Shown: positions 11,231-25,946, counted from the stretch's first letter. The stretch is DNA of 64,000 nt from Octopus sinensis (GCF_006345805.1 NC_042998.1:101246001-101310000), one strand, 5' to 3'. The notes: a model not told the origin generated them from the sequence alone. Translations and numbers: made by a program.

Positions 11231-13988
11231 AGAAGGGAAAAACAGATTTAGTAATATTAAAAAATTCGGACACTAGTATAACCAGTTTGATCCTGTGAGA
11301 AACACTACGTATTCTTTATTTTCCTAAATAGTGTAAGTTGTCTTTCTCAAGGACAGAATGCAATACTTGGAGCGAGAGATGTACTGATAACGTAGAAGCC
11401 AAGGTAAACTGATCTCTCAAATACTGGAAATCAATAGGGTTTAGATGAACGGTTCCTTATCAACAATTAATGGTAAGAGCTGCAGAGCAAACCGTGAGCT
11501 GCTGATCTAAATTTCTGTTTTTTTTTTACATTCTTACCAGTATTAATGTCACTTATGCAACAACTAAATTCCTCTCACACATAAGGATGATATAATTTTC
11601 CATTTATACGACCATGAAATATTGGCCAATGCTGGATAATCAAGCACTTAAAAAAGCAAGTGTTTAATCATTATTATACTAGAAGGAAGTTGAATGGAAT
11701 GGCAAAATATATAGAGTGATGGCGAAAATTCTTTGAATTGTTTAGTTAGTTACCCAGCTTTATAACTTCAGGCGAAGAATTTGCTGTTAATTCTCCCGGA
11801 GACTATAAAACAGATTGATTTCGAGTGTACTTTTTCTTAAAAAGTGCGGCCTTATGTTTATTTTAAAATTGATTATTAAACTTGAAATAATCTCGCTTCA
11901 CTACTAAAAGTTACAAACATAACGCTGTCTGGAATACAAGTGAAGATTACAACCACTAATTTTTACAACCATAGAATACATTATTACAGTAACGTTAGAA
12001 GAGATAGGCATTCATTATGAGTGGCATCAAAGGCGCTAGATTGGCAGAAGCATTAGAGTGTGGGACAAAACGTTTCAGCTCTTTCTGTTTTGAGTTCAAA
12101 TCAGTTTTATCTTTTCCGAATCTCCTATACTTGTTTTAGAAACGATAATTAATGTCATCAGTAGGGTGGTGGATTGACACAATGGTTTGAGCGTCGGACA
12201 TAATAGCTAACTGTATAACCACGCTGAGTTAAATTTCACTTTTTATCATACCAGGGTGAATAAAACAAAGTTCTGAAGTCAATTTAATCAACTACTTCTC
12301 TCTCCATCGAATTTGAAACTTTGTGCCTATGTTATAAGTGATCATTCATGGCATCGGTACGATACAATGCTCGTTAGTACTGATCCTCACACTTCAGAAT
12401 AAAAACAAATCTTGCAGCTGTGATTTATGAAACCTGACAATTACATTTAAATGGATCGACATGTCTTATAGAAACTGTTAATTGCATCTCTTGCCCTTAC
12501 AACAAATTTTCTTTTTCTGCACAAGCTATACGACATTTCTAATCAGATATTTATGTGGTTCGTCACCTTCTGCTTTTGTTCATCTATCATTTTGTTACCA
12601 AAGATAAAAAAAAAAGAAACTCAATAGCCTAAGATAATTTATTTTCATCTAAAAATGTTTATATGTGACATATAGATAACAGTATTCTGCAGAGATATAT
12701 ACGTCTGGCTAGTTATAGGAAAAATAACTATTTTAAAAACGATATTAATTTTTGTAACAGATATGTATAATAACTGTTTCTAACAAAGGCATAAGATCAG
12801 AACTTCTAAATTCCAGACGCATATCTCTTGCAGTAGTTTGCTTCTGTTGCGAAGTTTTGTGAAATGTCAAGAGACTTCTCAGGCGATTGTCTTGATATCG
12901 ATCCTCCGTGAAAATTTATTATGTATAGGAAAAAGACTTCACATATGAGATCGATGCTGTGTAACTCGGTCTTACCAGAGTGTGTTCCTAGATACTATGT
13001 TCGTTTTGGGGTAAGCAGAGTCGATGAGACTGAACACAACTTGACTAAATGCTTAGCTTAACGAGTTATCACCTTTTCTGTTCTGGATTAGCTCTCGTGA
13101 TTTCAACGTTCTCCCCGCCAATGCCCAAAGCCGTTAAAACTAGTTATCTACCGGCGTATATTAAGTCAGCTACAAACTCTACTATTTCTCCAAGAAATCA
13201 TTATTACTTTTTTCAAAGTTAATCTGGGCCAAATGAACGCTGATAATCCCTTGTAAGCTGGGATCCTTGTTCAGGTCTTACAATACACACGAGTGAGATC
13301 GGCCTCAGACCGTCAAAAAAACACTTAAGATTCGCCGTTGTGAGTGAAATTACGAATTTATCAATGTACTGTATAATCATAAAAAACAGTTAAAATCACA
13401 AGTTTGGTTCATCACAATAAATTTACCATCGTACCATCGTTTGGTAACAGCAAATTTTTCATTGCACCACAGCTCCGTCACAATGATATTGACACATACA
13501 AATAACATAATATCGTTTCCATCGTAAATGCATTTCTTTTACTTCTCTGTTTCACAAGATATATTGCGTTGGCACCGAAATTATCTCGAAAATCAAGTCA
13601 GTCGAACTAATTATTATATTGGCTTCGATAAACTAATCTATCGACGAAAGAAATCCTCTGGGTCGTCAGTGGCATTCGAAAATGATACGAGGTCAAGAAG
13701 TTAAGTAGAGGGATTGTAGTACACTAATTGCTTTGGTCATTAATCACTAGAACAACAGGACAGGTAGTGTGTTTGTTAATGCCAACATCAGACATACAGC
13801 TAATCCATCTTGAAAAACACGGACGACTGAGAGACATTCTCTCTCATATGTATATACATAGGCAATATATATATATACATACATACACACACATATATAA
13901 TATATATATATGTGTGTATGCGCGCTGGCGCACAAGAACACATAAATATATACATACGTATATAGTTTTATGTATGCATGTACCTATG

Positions 13989-14019
<31 letters not shown>

Positions 14020-14066
14020 TATATATACTTATACACAAACATATATGTCTATTTCCGTCTCAATAC

Positions 14067-14101
<35 letters not shown>

Positions 14102-14497
14102 TATTGATCCATACATACATTCGTACTTAACGTACATGTATGCATACGCACTCACAAATACAAATTACGAATGCCGGCCGTTTCACCTAAAAACTGTGAA
14201 TACAGAGCGGAATAACTTAGAAGAGAAAGTAATGGTGGATGTATTTTCTGACAGGAATATATATCTTGTGTAGAAAATGGCATAGCTACTTCTCTTCCTT
14301 TATAAGAAATCTAGTCTTCCTAAATATAACCAAGTCTGTCATGAATTACTTAAACTCTGCAACATTCTCTTGTGAACTCTCTGTGTTTTTGCTAGAACAT
14401 GTGTATTCACTAATTTTATGTTGTCCGTCTCAGGGTTTTCTTTCCTTAATTCGTCTGCAGATTGGTATGATGTATCATATTCGTTCTTGATCTAGAC

Positions 14498-14560
14498 CAG
14501 AGGTTCTCAAACGTTTTGGGCCACCGCTCCTCTCATGGCCATATAATACCCTCAGCGTCC
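14498..14560 (+). mobile_element. hAT-Charlie-like terminal fragment
   Basis: CAGAGGTTCTCAAAC is preceded by ATCTAGAC, which fits the Charlie NTCTAGAN target preference. No partner TIR was found. Confidence 0.45.
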
Positions 14561-15344
14561 GCACCCCTACTTTTATGTATAAATAAATATTTTATATTTT
14601 ACTAATTTATATATACTATGAATCATTTGATATTTAATATAACATATAATTTGTATACAATACTAAATACTAAAGTGTTGGTGGTGGTCATGCATACAAC
14701 CGTCATCATGCTAAGTCCAGCAGTCTCATACCCAGACAGATACGAAAAGCTATGGTGGACTAGTGAAGTTGATACTTTTTAAATCATTTGTTTTTTTGTT
14801 GGCCTCCCTCCTTAGGAAATGTGTCGTGATGCCGCTAAATAGTTCGTATTGAGACACGAAAGAGAGTCAGCTGAGAGAGCATTTGGTAATGTTTGCTTCT
14901 AGGTAATGTTTGCTTCTTTGGTAGCTTCTTCTGTGTAGGGACTTGGCTAAGTGATTTCAGGCACATTAAGCCCTTGCTGATAGGCTTTTGAGTTCTAGGA
15001 TGTAACATTGAAATCAGTAATGGAGACTCACGGATCTGGGTTTCGAAGTACCACTTCGAGTAAAATTTTGCCAGTTGTATTTTTCTGAAGGAAGTGTATT
15101 CTTTCCCATCTATAGTCAGTCTTCATTTACTTTCTTGTAGGCTTATTATAAACAGCCGTACTCTCTATCAGGGTGAATGTACCAATGTTTTATCATTTTA
15201 GAGATACTTACAAAGCAGTACAGTAGGGATTGATTAATTATCACCACAATGAGATATCGTAATTTTAAGATTATTTGCAATCCACTATGATAATCTATTA
15301 AAACTTTCTTGAGATATATTATATAGAAATATTGTCATTATTAT

Positions 15345-15960
15345 AATGCAGTGATCTGGCAGAATCGTTAGCACACCAGGCGAAATACTCAGCGGTATCT
15401 CACCGTCTTACGTTCTGAGTTCAAATTCCTCCGTGGTCGACTTTGTTTCCGCTGAGGCCGATATTGCCTTTCGAGTGTCGATATATGGAGTACCAGCCAA
15501 ATACTGAGGTCTTGTGCTTCCAGTAGAGAGAATGATACTGATAGCCAAGGAGTCGAGCTAATAGAATTCTTATCTCGCCGGAAGAAATGCTCAGCGGCAT
15601 TTCGTCCGGCTTAACGTTCAGTGTTCAAATGCCGTGAAGGTTGACTTTACCTTTCATCCTTCCGGGGTCGATAAGATAAGTACCTGTTGATAAATGGGGT
15701 TGAAACTACTCCGAAGTTTCTGGCCTTGTGCCAAAACTTGAAACCAAAGGCGGTAAACTGGCAGGATCGTTGAAGTACCGGGCCAAATGCCAAGCGGCAG
15801 TTCGTCTGTCTTTCCGTTCTGAGTTCAAATGCCGCCGTGGTCGACTTTGTCTTTTATCCTTTGGTTGTAGTGGTGTGGGTACGATACATTAAGTATTAGT
15901 CAAGCATTGGGGTCGATATAATCGAATACTCCCTTCCCTTCTTAGTTTCCAGGCTTGTAC
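15345..15960 (+). mobile_element. Cluster of three to four SINE family A copies
   Basis: Repeated GGCAGAATCGTTAG...GTTCTGAGTTCAAAT...GTCGACTTTG cores. Confidence 0.75.
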
Positions 15961-16307
15961 AGAAAAGGAAGTTATTATTATAGCTAAAAGCGGTGGAATG
16001 GCTAATTCGTTAGCGCGATGAATAAAATAGTGTTGCGCTTTTTGTCCTGATATTTTAACCCTGAGTAATCGACTAAACTCCCAATTTTTCTTAAAACTTT
16101 TGACAATGTGAGCAAATTAGAAACAATTGTTATGATTATGACTTTGAGTTTCGAATGTGTTATTTTAATATTATTATTGGGTTATTAAGAAAGAAAATTA
16201 GAAATCTCATCATGAAAACATCTATTTACTTACGAACCATCATGAAAAGTGCTTTATAGTAAACGAACGAATTAGCAACAACACTCTTACAGACAAAAAG
16301 AATTACA

Positions 16308-16309
<2 letters not shown>

Positions 16310-16381
<72 letters not shown>

Positions 16382-16552
16382 ATAATAATAATAATAACAA
16401 TAATAATGATAATAATGATAATAGTAATAATAATGATGATGATGATGATGATAATTATGATAATGATAAAAATAATAATGGTGATAACGACTTTAATAAT
16501 GATAATAATATAATAATAATAATATAATAATAATAATATAATAATAATAATA

Positions 16553-16586
<34 letters not shown>

Positions 16587-16597
16587 TAATAATAATG

Positions 16598-16642
<45 letters not shown>

Positions 16643-16730
16643 TGTATACTATGAGTTTCTTTGCCCTAGGAGTCGGGAAGACACTCGGCAAGAAATGGAA
16701 GCAAATTGGAAAGAAGAAAAAAAAGTAATA

Positions 16731-16790
<60 letters not shown>
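16310..16790. repeat. (TAC)n/(TAA)n/(TGA)n trinucleotide tracts
   Basis: Direct inspection. Confidence 0.9.
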
Positions 16791-16793
<3 letters not shown>

Positions 16794-17350
16794 GCCCCGA
16801 TGTAGTACCAGGCAGTGGCTCTCATGGCTTCTGATCTTAACTGATTCGAAGTGTTATCATGAACATTGTTTTGTCTTGGTATAAAAGATGGGCTACAGCA
16901 AATATTCTGCTCAATACCACAGATTTGCTTGTCAGTTGTTTGACTTTAACCAGTTGAGCTTGTCCATTAGTAGCTGACGATATATGTATCTCTGATCACA
17001 AGTAGAAGTAGTCGGTGTGCATCATAGCCGTGTGTTGAAAGGAATTCTTGGAGGTATGTATAATTCACCTTTGGAAACATGGGTGGCTCGTTCAGCATCC
17101 TTAAACAATCCTTTTTCAGGGACCTTTTGAGCGGGATGAGTTACTCGACTTGAAAGAAATTCTAACTGGGCCCCACCTGCCAGGTCATGCGTTGATTATC
17201 TTGATATGAGATCACCATGACGCGCAAATATGGTTGTGATGCATGTGCGTAGTGTACCCGTATCCGGCGGGTAGTAATGATGGGTATACTGGGCTTCGTA
17301 TATTTTACCCCAGTGTCATTTTGATGGCATGCACTGGTCTCTCACTCAAT
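16794..17350 (+). mobile_element. ~550-bp dispersed repeat (family E) embedded in (TAA)n
   Basis: A second copy lies in the opposite orientation at ~29578-30092. Both abut TAA/TTA runs. Confidence 0.75.
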
Positions 17351-17368
17351 AATAATAATAATAATAAT

Positions 17369-17399
<31 letters not shown>

Positions 17400-17454
17400 G
17401 TGCGTATACATCCTCCTCTTTAGAAACACTTAGCATACAAACATGCATGCAAGA

Positions 17455-17760
17455 TAGTCGGTCTTCTTCCTGCTCTTCCTTCCTTCCTCGTCTTCCTTCC
17501 TTGCCTTCCTTCCTCCACTTCCTTCCTTCCTTCTTCCTCCTCTTCTTTCGTTCCTCCTCTTCTTTCGTTCCTCCTCTTCTTTCCTCCTCCTCTTCTTTTT
17601 CTCCTTCCTCTTCTTCCTCCTCCTCCTCATCATTATCGTCATCGTCGTCATCGTCATCGTCATCATTGTCATCGTCATCATCGTCATCGTCGTCATCATC
17701 ATCATCATCATCAACGACGATAAGAACAACGACAACGACGACGGTGGCGGCAGCGGTTGC
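17455..17760. repeat. Low-complexity (TCC/TCA/TCG/ACG)n tract
   Basis: Direct inspection. It is the source of the poly-Ser ORF in the track. Confidence 0.9.
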
Positions 17761-18100
17761 AGCGAAGATAACAAAATCAATGAGAACTTATGTTAAAGCC
17801 GCCATCATTACCGTTAGACAATATAAAATATTTCAACTGAAAGAAGAAAAAAAGAAAGAAAGGAAAAAAACAAACAAAAACATTGCGCCACCACATCGCT
17901 TTAATGATTGTTTATTTATAAATTTTTTCCACTTCAGAAAAGAAATAGCGACATAGCAAACAAAGGATTCAGTATGATTGAAGCTGAAATTCCACTGTAA
18001 ACACAAGTTGGACAATTGAAAAATATTCACACAAACTTCTCCATTAAGCTGCAATATTTTTTTTAATGTAGTTGTGTACGTGTGTATACATACATAACAC

Positions 18101-18199
<99 letters not shown>

Positions 18200-18524
18200 T
18201 ATATACATATATATATATATATATTATATATATACATATATATATATATACATATATATACATATATATATATACATATATATATATGTATACACATATA
18301 CACATATATATATATGTGTATACACATATACATATATATATATATATACATATATATATACATATATATATACATACATATATATACATATAATATATAT
18401 ATACATATATATATTTACATACATATATATACATATATATATACTATATATATACATATATATATATACATACATATATACATATATATATATACATATA
18501 TATATACATATATATATATATAAC

Positions 18525-18557
<33 letters not shown>

Positions 18558-19261
18558 ATATTATTAGAGACAAAACCACTATTTTGCAAAACAAACAAGG
18601 AAAGACTTAATCAATACATAAAATTTTGTCTCTAATAATATTATATAATATTTTACTATAAAATTGGATTTAATCCTAAATCTGATTTTTTCCCTGTAAA
18701 TTTGGATTTATTCCCTAATATTTATATTATTATATATATTTATATATATATATAAAAATATATATATTATACATATGTATTACACACGTGCATGTACATA
18801 TTATATATATATATATATATATATTAACACATTCTATAACAAGAATTTTGTGAATAGAATTGTTAGTTATAGTTTCTCAACGGGCCATTCACTAGTTTAC
18901 ACCATTTTCCGTGGTAGCACTGCCAACGGCTATCGGTGAAGTTTGAGCGAAATAAGTACGATAGGTTACTTTTGTTTAAACGCACCGGTTTAGCTGCCCC
19001 GGTTTCATCGTTTGTTTTCTTCCAAACAACGACATAAAAACCGCTTAAAAGCGTATGTATGTATGTATGTATGTATGTATGTATGTATGTATGTATGTAT
19101 GTATGTATGTATGTATGTATGCATGCATGTGTGTATGTACGTATGTATGCCTGTATATATGTGCTTATACATGTATGTGTGTATGTATGTATCTATCTGT
19201 CTGCACACACATACACACACGCACACACACACATGCAAGCGCGGACACGCGCACACACACG

Positions 19262-19394
19262 CCACACAAAGATCCCTCTCTTTCAGATATCTCCACAAGA
19301 AAAAATTCGGGCTAGTCAAGTCTGGGGAACGTAAAGGCCAGTTGTCATTGCCGTAGCGTGAGATTACTCCCTCTCCAAAGCACTGCCGTAGCAA
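19262..19394 (-). mobile_element. Tc1/mariner-superfamily transposase C-terminal fragment
   Basis: GEGVISRYGNDNWPLRSPDLTSPNFFLWRYLKER matches the WPxRSPDLxPxDFFLWGYLK motif. Confidence 0.8.
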
Positions 19395-19447
19395 TTGCCT
19401 TCTTTCTCTTGCGGTATGAGCAGTTGCCTCATCTTGCTGAAAACATG

Positions 19448-19672
19448 TGTGAGATCTACTTTCAATGGCTTTCGCGTTCCCCAGACTTGACTAGCCCGGA
19501 TTTCTTTCCTGTTGGACCACCTGAAACGAACCATTGACACTGCTGCAACTAACTGAAGGAGAACATCAACTGAGAAATCAGAGAAGTGGGGTCTGAAACT
19601 CTTGAGGGTGTTATGGTGCAAGTTTTTGAAAGAGCACCGGCGTACAAAGCCGAAAATGGCTCCAATTTAAGC
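19448..19672 (+). mobile_element. Second Tc1/mariner-superfamily transposase C-terminal fragment, opposite orientation
   Basis: QWLSRSPDLTSPDF, then frameshifted, then ...EVGSETLEGVMVQVFERAPAYKAENGSNL. Confidence 0.7.
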
Positions 19673-19784
19673 GTCAGTCCTTTCGTCACCAACTGCGATC
19701 TCATCAATGATACACTCTCTTACGTTCCTCTTCTGTCACAACCTCAATTCTATATTTTCCCTGTTGAAATGTTGTCGAGGTATA

Positions 19785-19855
19785 TGTTGGCTGATGAAGA
19801 TAAATCAAGTATATGTGTGCAGACATATCTTGAAAAATCTGAAACCGGTACCGCA
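19785..19855 (+). ncRNA. Type I hammerhead ribozyme with an extended stem II
   Basis: TGTTGG-CTGATGA-AGAT aaa TCAAG t ATATGT gtgcag ACATAT CTTGA aaa ATCT-GAAA-CCGG-TA-CCGCA: canonical core, a 15-bp interrupted stem II, a palindromic ACCGGT stem III and a weak stem I. Confidence 0.75.
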
Positions 19856-20102
19856 TTATCCCTTTCTAGGTATTTCATCTTTCAGATGTTCTCCCTGGAG
19901 GTAAGACAATTTTTTTCAAGTTTGTTGCACACACGCATTTTTGCTAGTACATACGCGGTGAAGCTATACATTAGCGTCGTATTTATTACGTTCGCTATTT
20001 TCCAGTAAATATCGGTACTTCGTTGTACCATATATTCACTTCTATGTATAATTTTCCCTCACGGGCTATTCTTTACTGCAAAGCAATACTCTCGTATTGC
20101 AT

Positions 20103-20140
<38 letters not shown>

Positions 20141-20394
20141 AAATACAAAATGGGACAAGAACGCAAAACATCCGGACAACCAGGTGATACAAAAGGGGAC
20201 GACAAAATCCAGATAGACGATACAAAAAAAACATGGACGGGTCATTCGAAGTCTTTTATCTTCAGTCAAGAACCGGATCATCTTCGCAATTTCGACTGAT
20301 TAATCTTGAGATTGCTCCAATCTGGCCAGCCCCAAAGAAAACACTAAACTAAGAGCATTCGATTCCTTGGAATATATATAAAATGGGTAAAGGG

Positions 20395-20728
20395 TAAAGA
20401 CCCCCTTCGGTCATGAGTGACCATGGGTTTGCACCTAGAGAGTTACCCTCTGAGGCACAAGTCTGGGCAAGGTTTTTTTATGGAAGACCAGTAGTCGCCC
20501 ATGCATACCGGCCTCCCCTCTCCACGCCACCAGTGTTATCCAAGGGAAAGACAAAGGTTGATACAGCTTGGCACCTGTGACGTCGCAACTCATTTCTACA
20601 GCTGAGTGAACTGGAGCAACGTGAAATAAAGTGTCTTGCTCAAGAAAACAACACGCAGCCCGGGATTCGAGCTCACAACCTCACGATCGTAAGCTCGACG
20701 CTCTAACCACTGACCCATACGCCTTCAC
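20395..20728 (-). mobile_element. tRNA-derived SINE, family C
   Basis: The minus strand starts GAAGGCGTATGGGTCAGTGGTTAGAGCG...GAGCTCGAATCCC, then TTGAGCAAGACACTTTATTTCACGTTGCTCCAG. Confidence 0.8.
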
Positions 20729-20903
20729 GGAATATATATATACAGAAGACATTAACTTACTGATGAAAGCGAGACACACTTACATATATATATATATATA
20801 TAATTAATCATTATAGGGTGGCAAAAAATTTTGTAGAATTTTTTTGCCACCAGCGGCCTAGTGGGAAAAAATTAAATAGTCATAGACCATTTTTAAGTTC
20901 AAC

Positions 20904-21134
20904 ATCACAATCAAGGAACGGCCATAATAGGCCATTCACCCACTAGAAATAACAGCCAAAGCTTCAACCGCAAAATAACATCAATTCCGTAAACCAGGAG
21001 AAAATTAAAAAACCAGGAGAAAATTAAAATGTTTTTTATTTTCTCCTGGTTTACGGAATTGATGTTATTTTGCGGTTGAAGCTTTGGCTGTTATTTCTAG
21101 TGGGTGAATGGCCTATTATGGCCGTTCCTTGATT

Positions 21135-21139
<5 letters not shown>
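20904..21139. repeat. Near-perfect foldback (~108-bp arms) next to (TA)n
   Basis: ATCACAATCAAGG...CCAGGAGAAAAT (20904-21012) is inverted at 21032-21139. The spacer holds a short tandem duplication. Confidence 0.85.
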
Positions 21140-21172
<33 letters not shown>

Positions 21173-21585
21173 GTAAGTGTGTCTCGCTTTCATCAGTAAG
21201 TTAATGTCTTGTGTATATATACAAGACATTAACTTACTGATGAAAGCGAGACACACTTACGTACTCTAATCGTTACAAATACCCAGGGAAAGTATAGAAT
21301 TGAGGTTGTGACAGAAGAGGAACGTAAGAGAGTGTATCATTGATGAGATCGCAGTTGGTGACGAAAGGACTGACGAATAAACTGACAGATTGATCAGAGA
21401 ATCTATTAAAGGAATAATTAGCTAATTAGTTAACTAGTTTACTGATAATTAAAAAAATGACGTGAAATATAACGAGTGCTTTACTTAATTGACCTAATGA
21501 TTCTTCCAGGGTACAAAAGCAAAATCACATAAATATACACATACCTGTACACGCACGCACACATACATGCGCGCACACGCACGTA

Positions 21586-21631
<46 letters not shown>

Positions 21632-21674
21632 TTATATATATAATATGTGTATGTATATATATAATATATGTATG

Positions 21675-21706
<32 letters not shown>

Positions 21707-21839
21707 ATTATATATATACGTACATATTCATAGACATGCTCATATAAATAAACATTTGTATACATGTATATATATACATATATATTTAAATATGTGTGTA
21801 TGTGCATATCTATCTATCAATCAATCTATCTATCTAACA

Positions 21840-21870
<31 letters not shown>

Positions 21871-22379
21871 ATGCACATATAGATAGATTGATCTATAAAC
21901 ACTTGTAAAGCATTTTATACATAGTATACTTAACATCCATACACATGCATTCATATATACAAGTTTGTATACATACATTCGCACATACACGCACATACAC
22001 ACATATATGTATACGTTTAGGCATATGTATTATACACACATATACATGTAGATACACACACATACACACACGCATACGTACACACACACATATATATGTC
22101 CTCACACACATCCTACCTTATATATAACTATGCCAGCTATGTAGAACACAGATATATTAACCCGAACACACACACCCACACGTGCATACGTAATCTAAAT
22201 GAGTCAGGCTTTACTGCAACATATGTTTAATTACATTTAATACAGGAAAGCATATATAAAAACTATTATAAAGCTAACACGATTTTTATTTCTATTCAAG
22301 ACATCATGACGCGTCAAAGATAAAATTACACGTGAAATACACCTTTAAGCATGAACTGTCAGTAAAAAACAATCACTAT

Positions 22380-22900
22380 TACCATTACCATCATCTGTAC
22401 CATTAATGATGCTGATAGTAGTAGTAGTAGTAACAATGATAATTATTATTATTATTATTATTGTTGTTGTTATCATTATTATTATCATTATTATTATTAT
22501 TGTTGTTGTTGTTGTTATTATTATTATTATCATTATTATTATTATTGTTGTTGTTGTTGTTGTTATTATTATTATTATTATCATTATTATCATTATTATT
22601 ATTATTATTATAATTATAATTATTATTATTATTATTATCATTATTATTAGTAGTAGTTGTAGTAGTAGTAGTCGTCGTAGTTGTAGTAGTAGTAACATTA
22701 TCAACGCCTTCATTATGTTTCATCACAATTATCTTCCTCCTCTCCTTTCTCTTTCTCATCATAGGCAATAACGAAAATATCAACAACTTGAACAGCAACA
22801 ATCACCACCACCACCACCACCACCACCACCAACAACAACACAACAACAACAACAGCAGCAGCAGCAGCAACAACAAGAACAAAAACAACAGCAACAATAA
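22380..22900. repeat. (TTA/TTG/TAG/CCA/CAA/CAG)n trinucleotide cluster
   Basis: Direct inspection. Confidence 0.9.
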
Positions 22901-23623
22901 CAACATTGTTGTAGAAACAGTATCTACGATAACAACCAAATTCAACCCATAAAAAAAAAATACGAATCTCTGAACAGATAAATAAATAATATAAATTTAA
23001 ATAAGTAAAAAAAATATAAATGATATAAATGTTAATATATATATAAGTAAAAATAAATGTAAATAAAACAAAGCAAAACTTTATGCCATCTAGTAATAAA
23101 AATTATATGAAAATGCAACACTTTTTTTTTGTTTTGCGACCCACGGGAGGTATACAGCTTTCTCTTCCTTTTCATATCTCTAACCGGAAATGCATCTGCT
23201 TGCTGTTGACAGCAGTTATAATTTTCTAACTTGTATTTTATTTATCTATTTTTGCAATTGTGCTTCATTTGTAAAGACATTTGAAAATGTACATAACAAG
23301 TAAATATATATATATATATATATAACAAGTAAAAAGTCAGAAACTAAAGCGAAAATATTTCTTACTTGATAATGACGTCATTTGGCGATACTAAGTATTG
23401 GTGCCAACATTTATATTTAATAGAAAAGTAGCGTTATTTTCTATATAGATGTAAATATAATTTGTTTTCACAAAGAACGTGCTAGTTAATATGAATAATA
23501 CTAAAGCTGACCTAGAATAGTTTGCCTGTATATACCTCTATTATAATTTTCTGCCTTTTCTATCTGTTTGTCTCGCTCTCATTTCTTTATCTCTCAGTCA
23601 TGCAGATATAAGCGTGCATGAAT

Positions 23624-23672
<49 letters not shown>

Positions 23673-24148
23673 ATATATATATATATATATTATATATATA
23701 TATATATATATGTATGTATATATATATATATGTGTGTGTGTGTATGCATGTATATATACACACATACACATATACATAACAACGCTGTCTTTCTTCGCCT
23801 CTATCATGGTAATTTAGCATCTGTATTAACTAAATTATATATATATATATATAGTTACATATACACACACACATATAACATGTACAAATAACTACATGCA
23901 TGCATCCATATACATATACATATAACTACATATCTGCTTTCTACTGATACACATACAAGATGACTTTTTTGTGGTTTCTTTCCAGTTTCTTTGCTAGGAT
24001 TCTAATGCGAAGGGTCTACACCGAACATATCAACTCTATAATTTAACTATCACCTTTTGATGTACAGAGCCACATCGACGTACTGTTTTTCTGCTATGTT
24101 TGCATATTACACACACATACATACATATACATATGTATATATATATAT

Positions 24149-24203
<55 letters not shown>

Positions 24204-24231
24204 CACACATATACATACATTATATATGTAC

Positions 24232-24274
<43 letters not shown>

Positions 24275-25946
24275 TATATATATTATTATATATATATATA
24301 TACATACACACATATACATACATTATATATGTACATATATATAATATATATATATATGTATGTATATATATATATATAAGTATAGCTATCTATTTATCTA
24401 TCTCTATATGTATACATACATATACATGTACATACATGCATACATATCCATATATTATGGATAGTGTATCATGTATTCCCCTCCTCAGTCTTTTGTTTTA
24501 AATCCCACTTGCATTACTTCTCTTTATTCTCCATCTTACATTATTAAAGGAGTTGGCAATTCTCACTAATTCATGGTTCACTGTTGAACATGTGACTCGA
24601 AAGTACCAATTATAATAGTTTATTATTGACTTTGTATAACTGTTTAGACATTTCCTTTGCCTGTTGACAGAGGTGATATGTAGTTAGAGACTGGCTCTTG
24701 GTTAATGTGTTCAAACTTGATACTAGTTTGGCATCTAAGCTTCGCTGGTGTCAATATATTCACCTTGGATCATCTTAAGACCTTTATTTGCTGTAGGAAT
24801 GATGTTAGGTTTTTAGAATATTCTGGTATTTTTTACAACCTATAATTATATCTTTTAGTAATTATAGATTATCCTATAATCAAAAGAGCTGACGTGTTAG
24901 GGGAACTAAGAAGCTTTTAAATCGATTCTAGTATTTGACTCCCTTTCCCTAGTTTATTTAGCTGTTTATTTTGCTAGTCTCCTGCTCTCCCGAGCTTAGT
25001 AGAGAGGCACAGAGGCTATTCAATCTTTAAATTCATCTTCTGCTTTTTGACACATAAATAAAACTCTTCATACACACTACTACTCCGGAGCAAATATGCG
25101 AGTTGTGATTACTAACTCTATAATCTCCCAAACTCCTGAATTCCCGTATTGGAGCCGCTGTACTCATTTTATCGACTTCGAATGCGTTCATGTAAACAAA
25201 AAGTAAAGTAAAAAGAACATGAGGGAGTATTTAACGTTTGCTCAACTTTTTAGTGAAGCATCATCTTCTTTTGTTAGTAATCCTAATAAATGTTCTGTCA
25301 ATAAAATAACGCTCGGTTAATGCATGTTTATTTTTTAATTACTTTAAATTTGTTTTATTGCGTTCACAATAATAGCAATGAGATTCCATTAATTTGGTGT
25401 CTAATCAGAATTGCTTCGACAAAAGATTTTGTTTTCAATTTAAAAAAAAAAAAGATTTAAATAAGTCTTAAAATTGTCTAGAGATGTGTATAAATTATAC
25501 GGGCGTTTTCGTGTTACAGCTTTTGTTGGCCACGTTTTCTTCCCTCGTGATATTTTTCACTACACAGCTTTTCATATTCCGGCTTCAGTTAAACGCTGTA
25601 TTTTACATATGTTTCCGTGTTAAGTATTTTTTTCCTCTTTTGAATTAAAATTCAATGTCACAGTTAAGTGATATATCTTCGAGGAGAATTGTCTGCTATT
25701 TTTGTATCATAAAAAAAAATGCTTAAATGATGTTGTCTACAGGTGTTCATGAATTCAAATAGTGAGAAAATTTTTGTTATCACGTTGTGGTTTCTTGTTG
25801 ATTTAAAATTGAAATATATCGGTTTAAAATAAATGAATTATAATATATTTTTGAAGTGTGATACTAGTATAGTTACACATACACGCAACACACACGCATG
25901 TGTATACATATATATATTTGAATGTGTGTATATATATATATACAAA

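Noticed and set aside
20240-20315. CTGAAGA...TTCGAA and CTCAAGA...CGAAA hammerhead-like strings on the minus strand
   Set aside because: No convincing stem II or stem III and no cleavage triplet. At most a decayed pLTR-type repeat.
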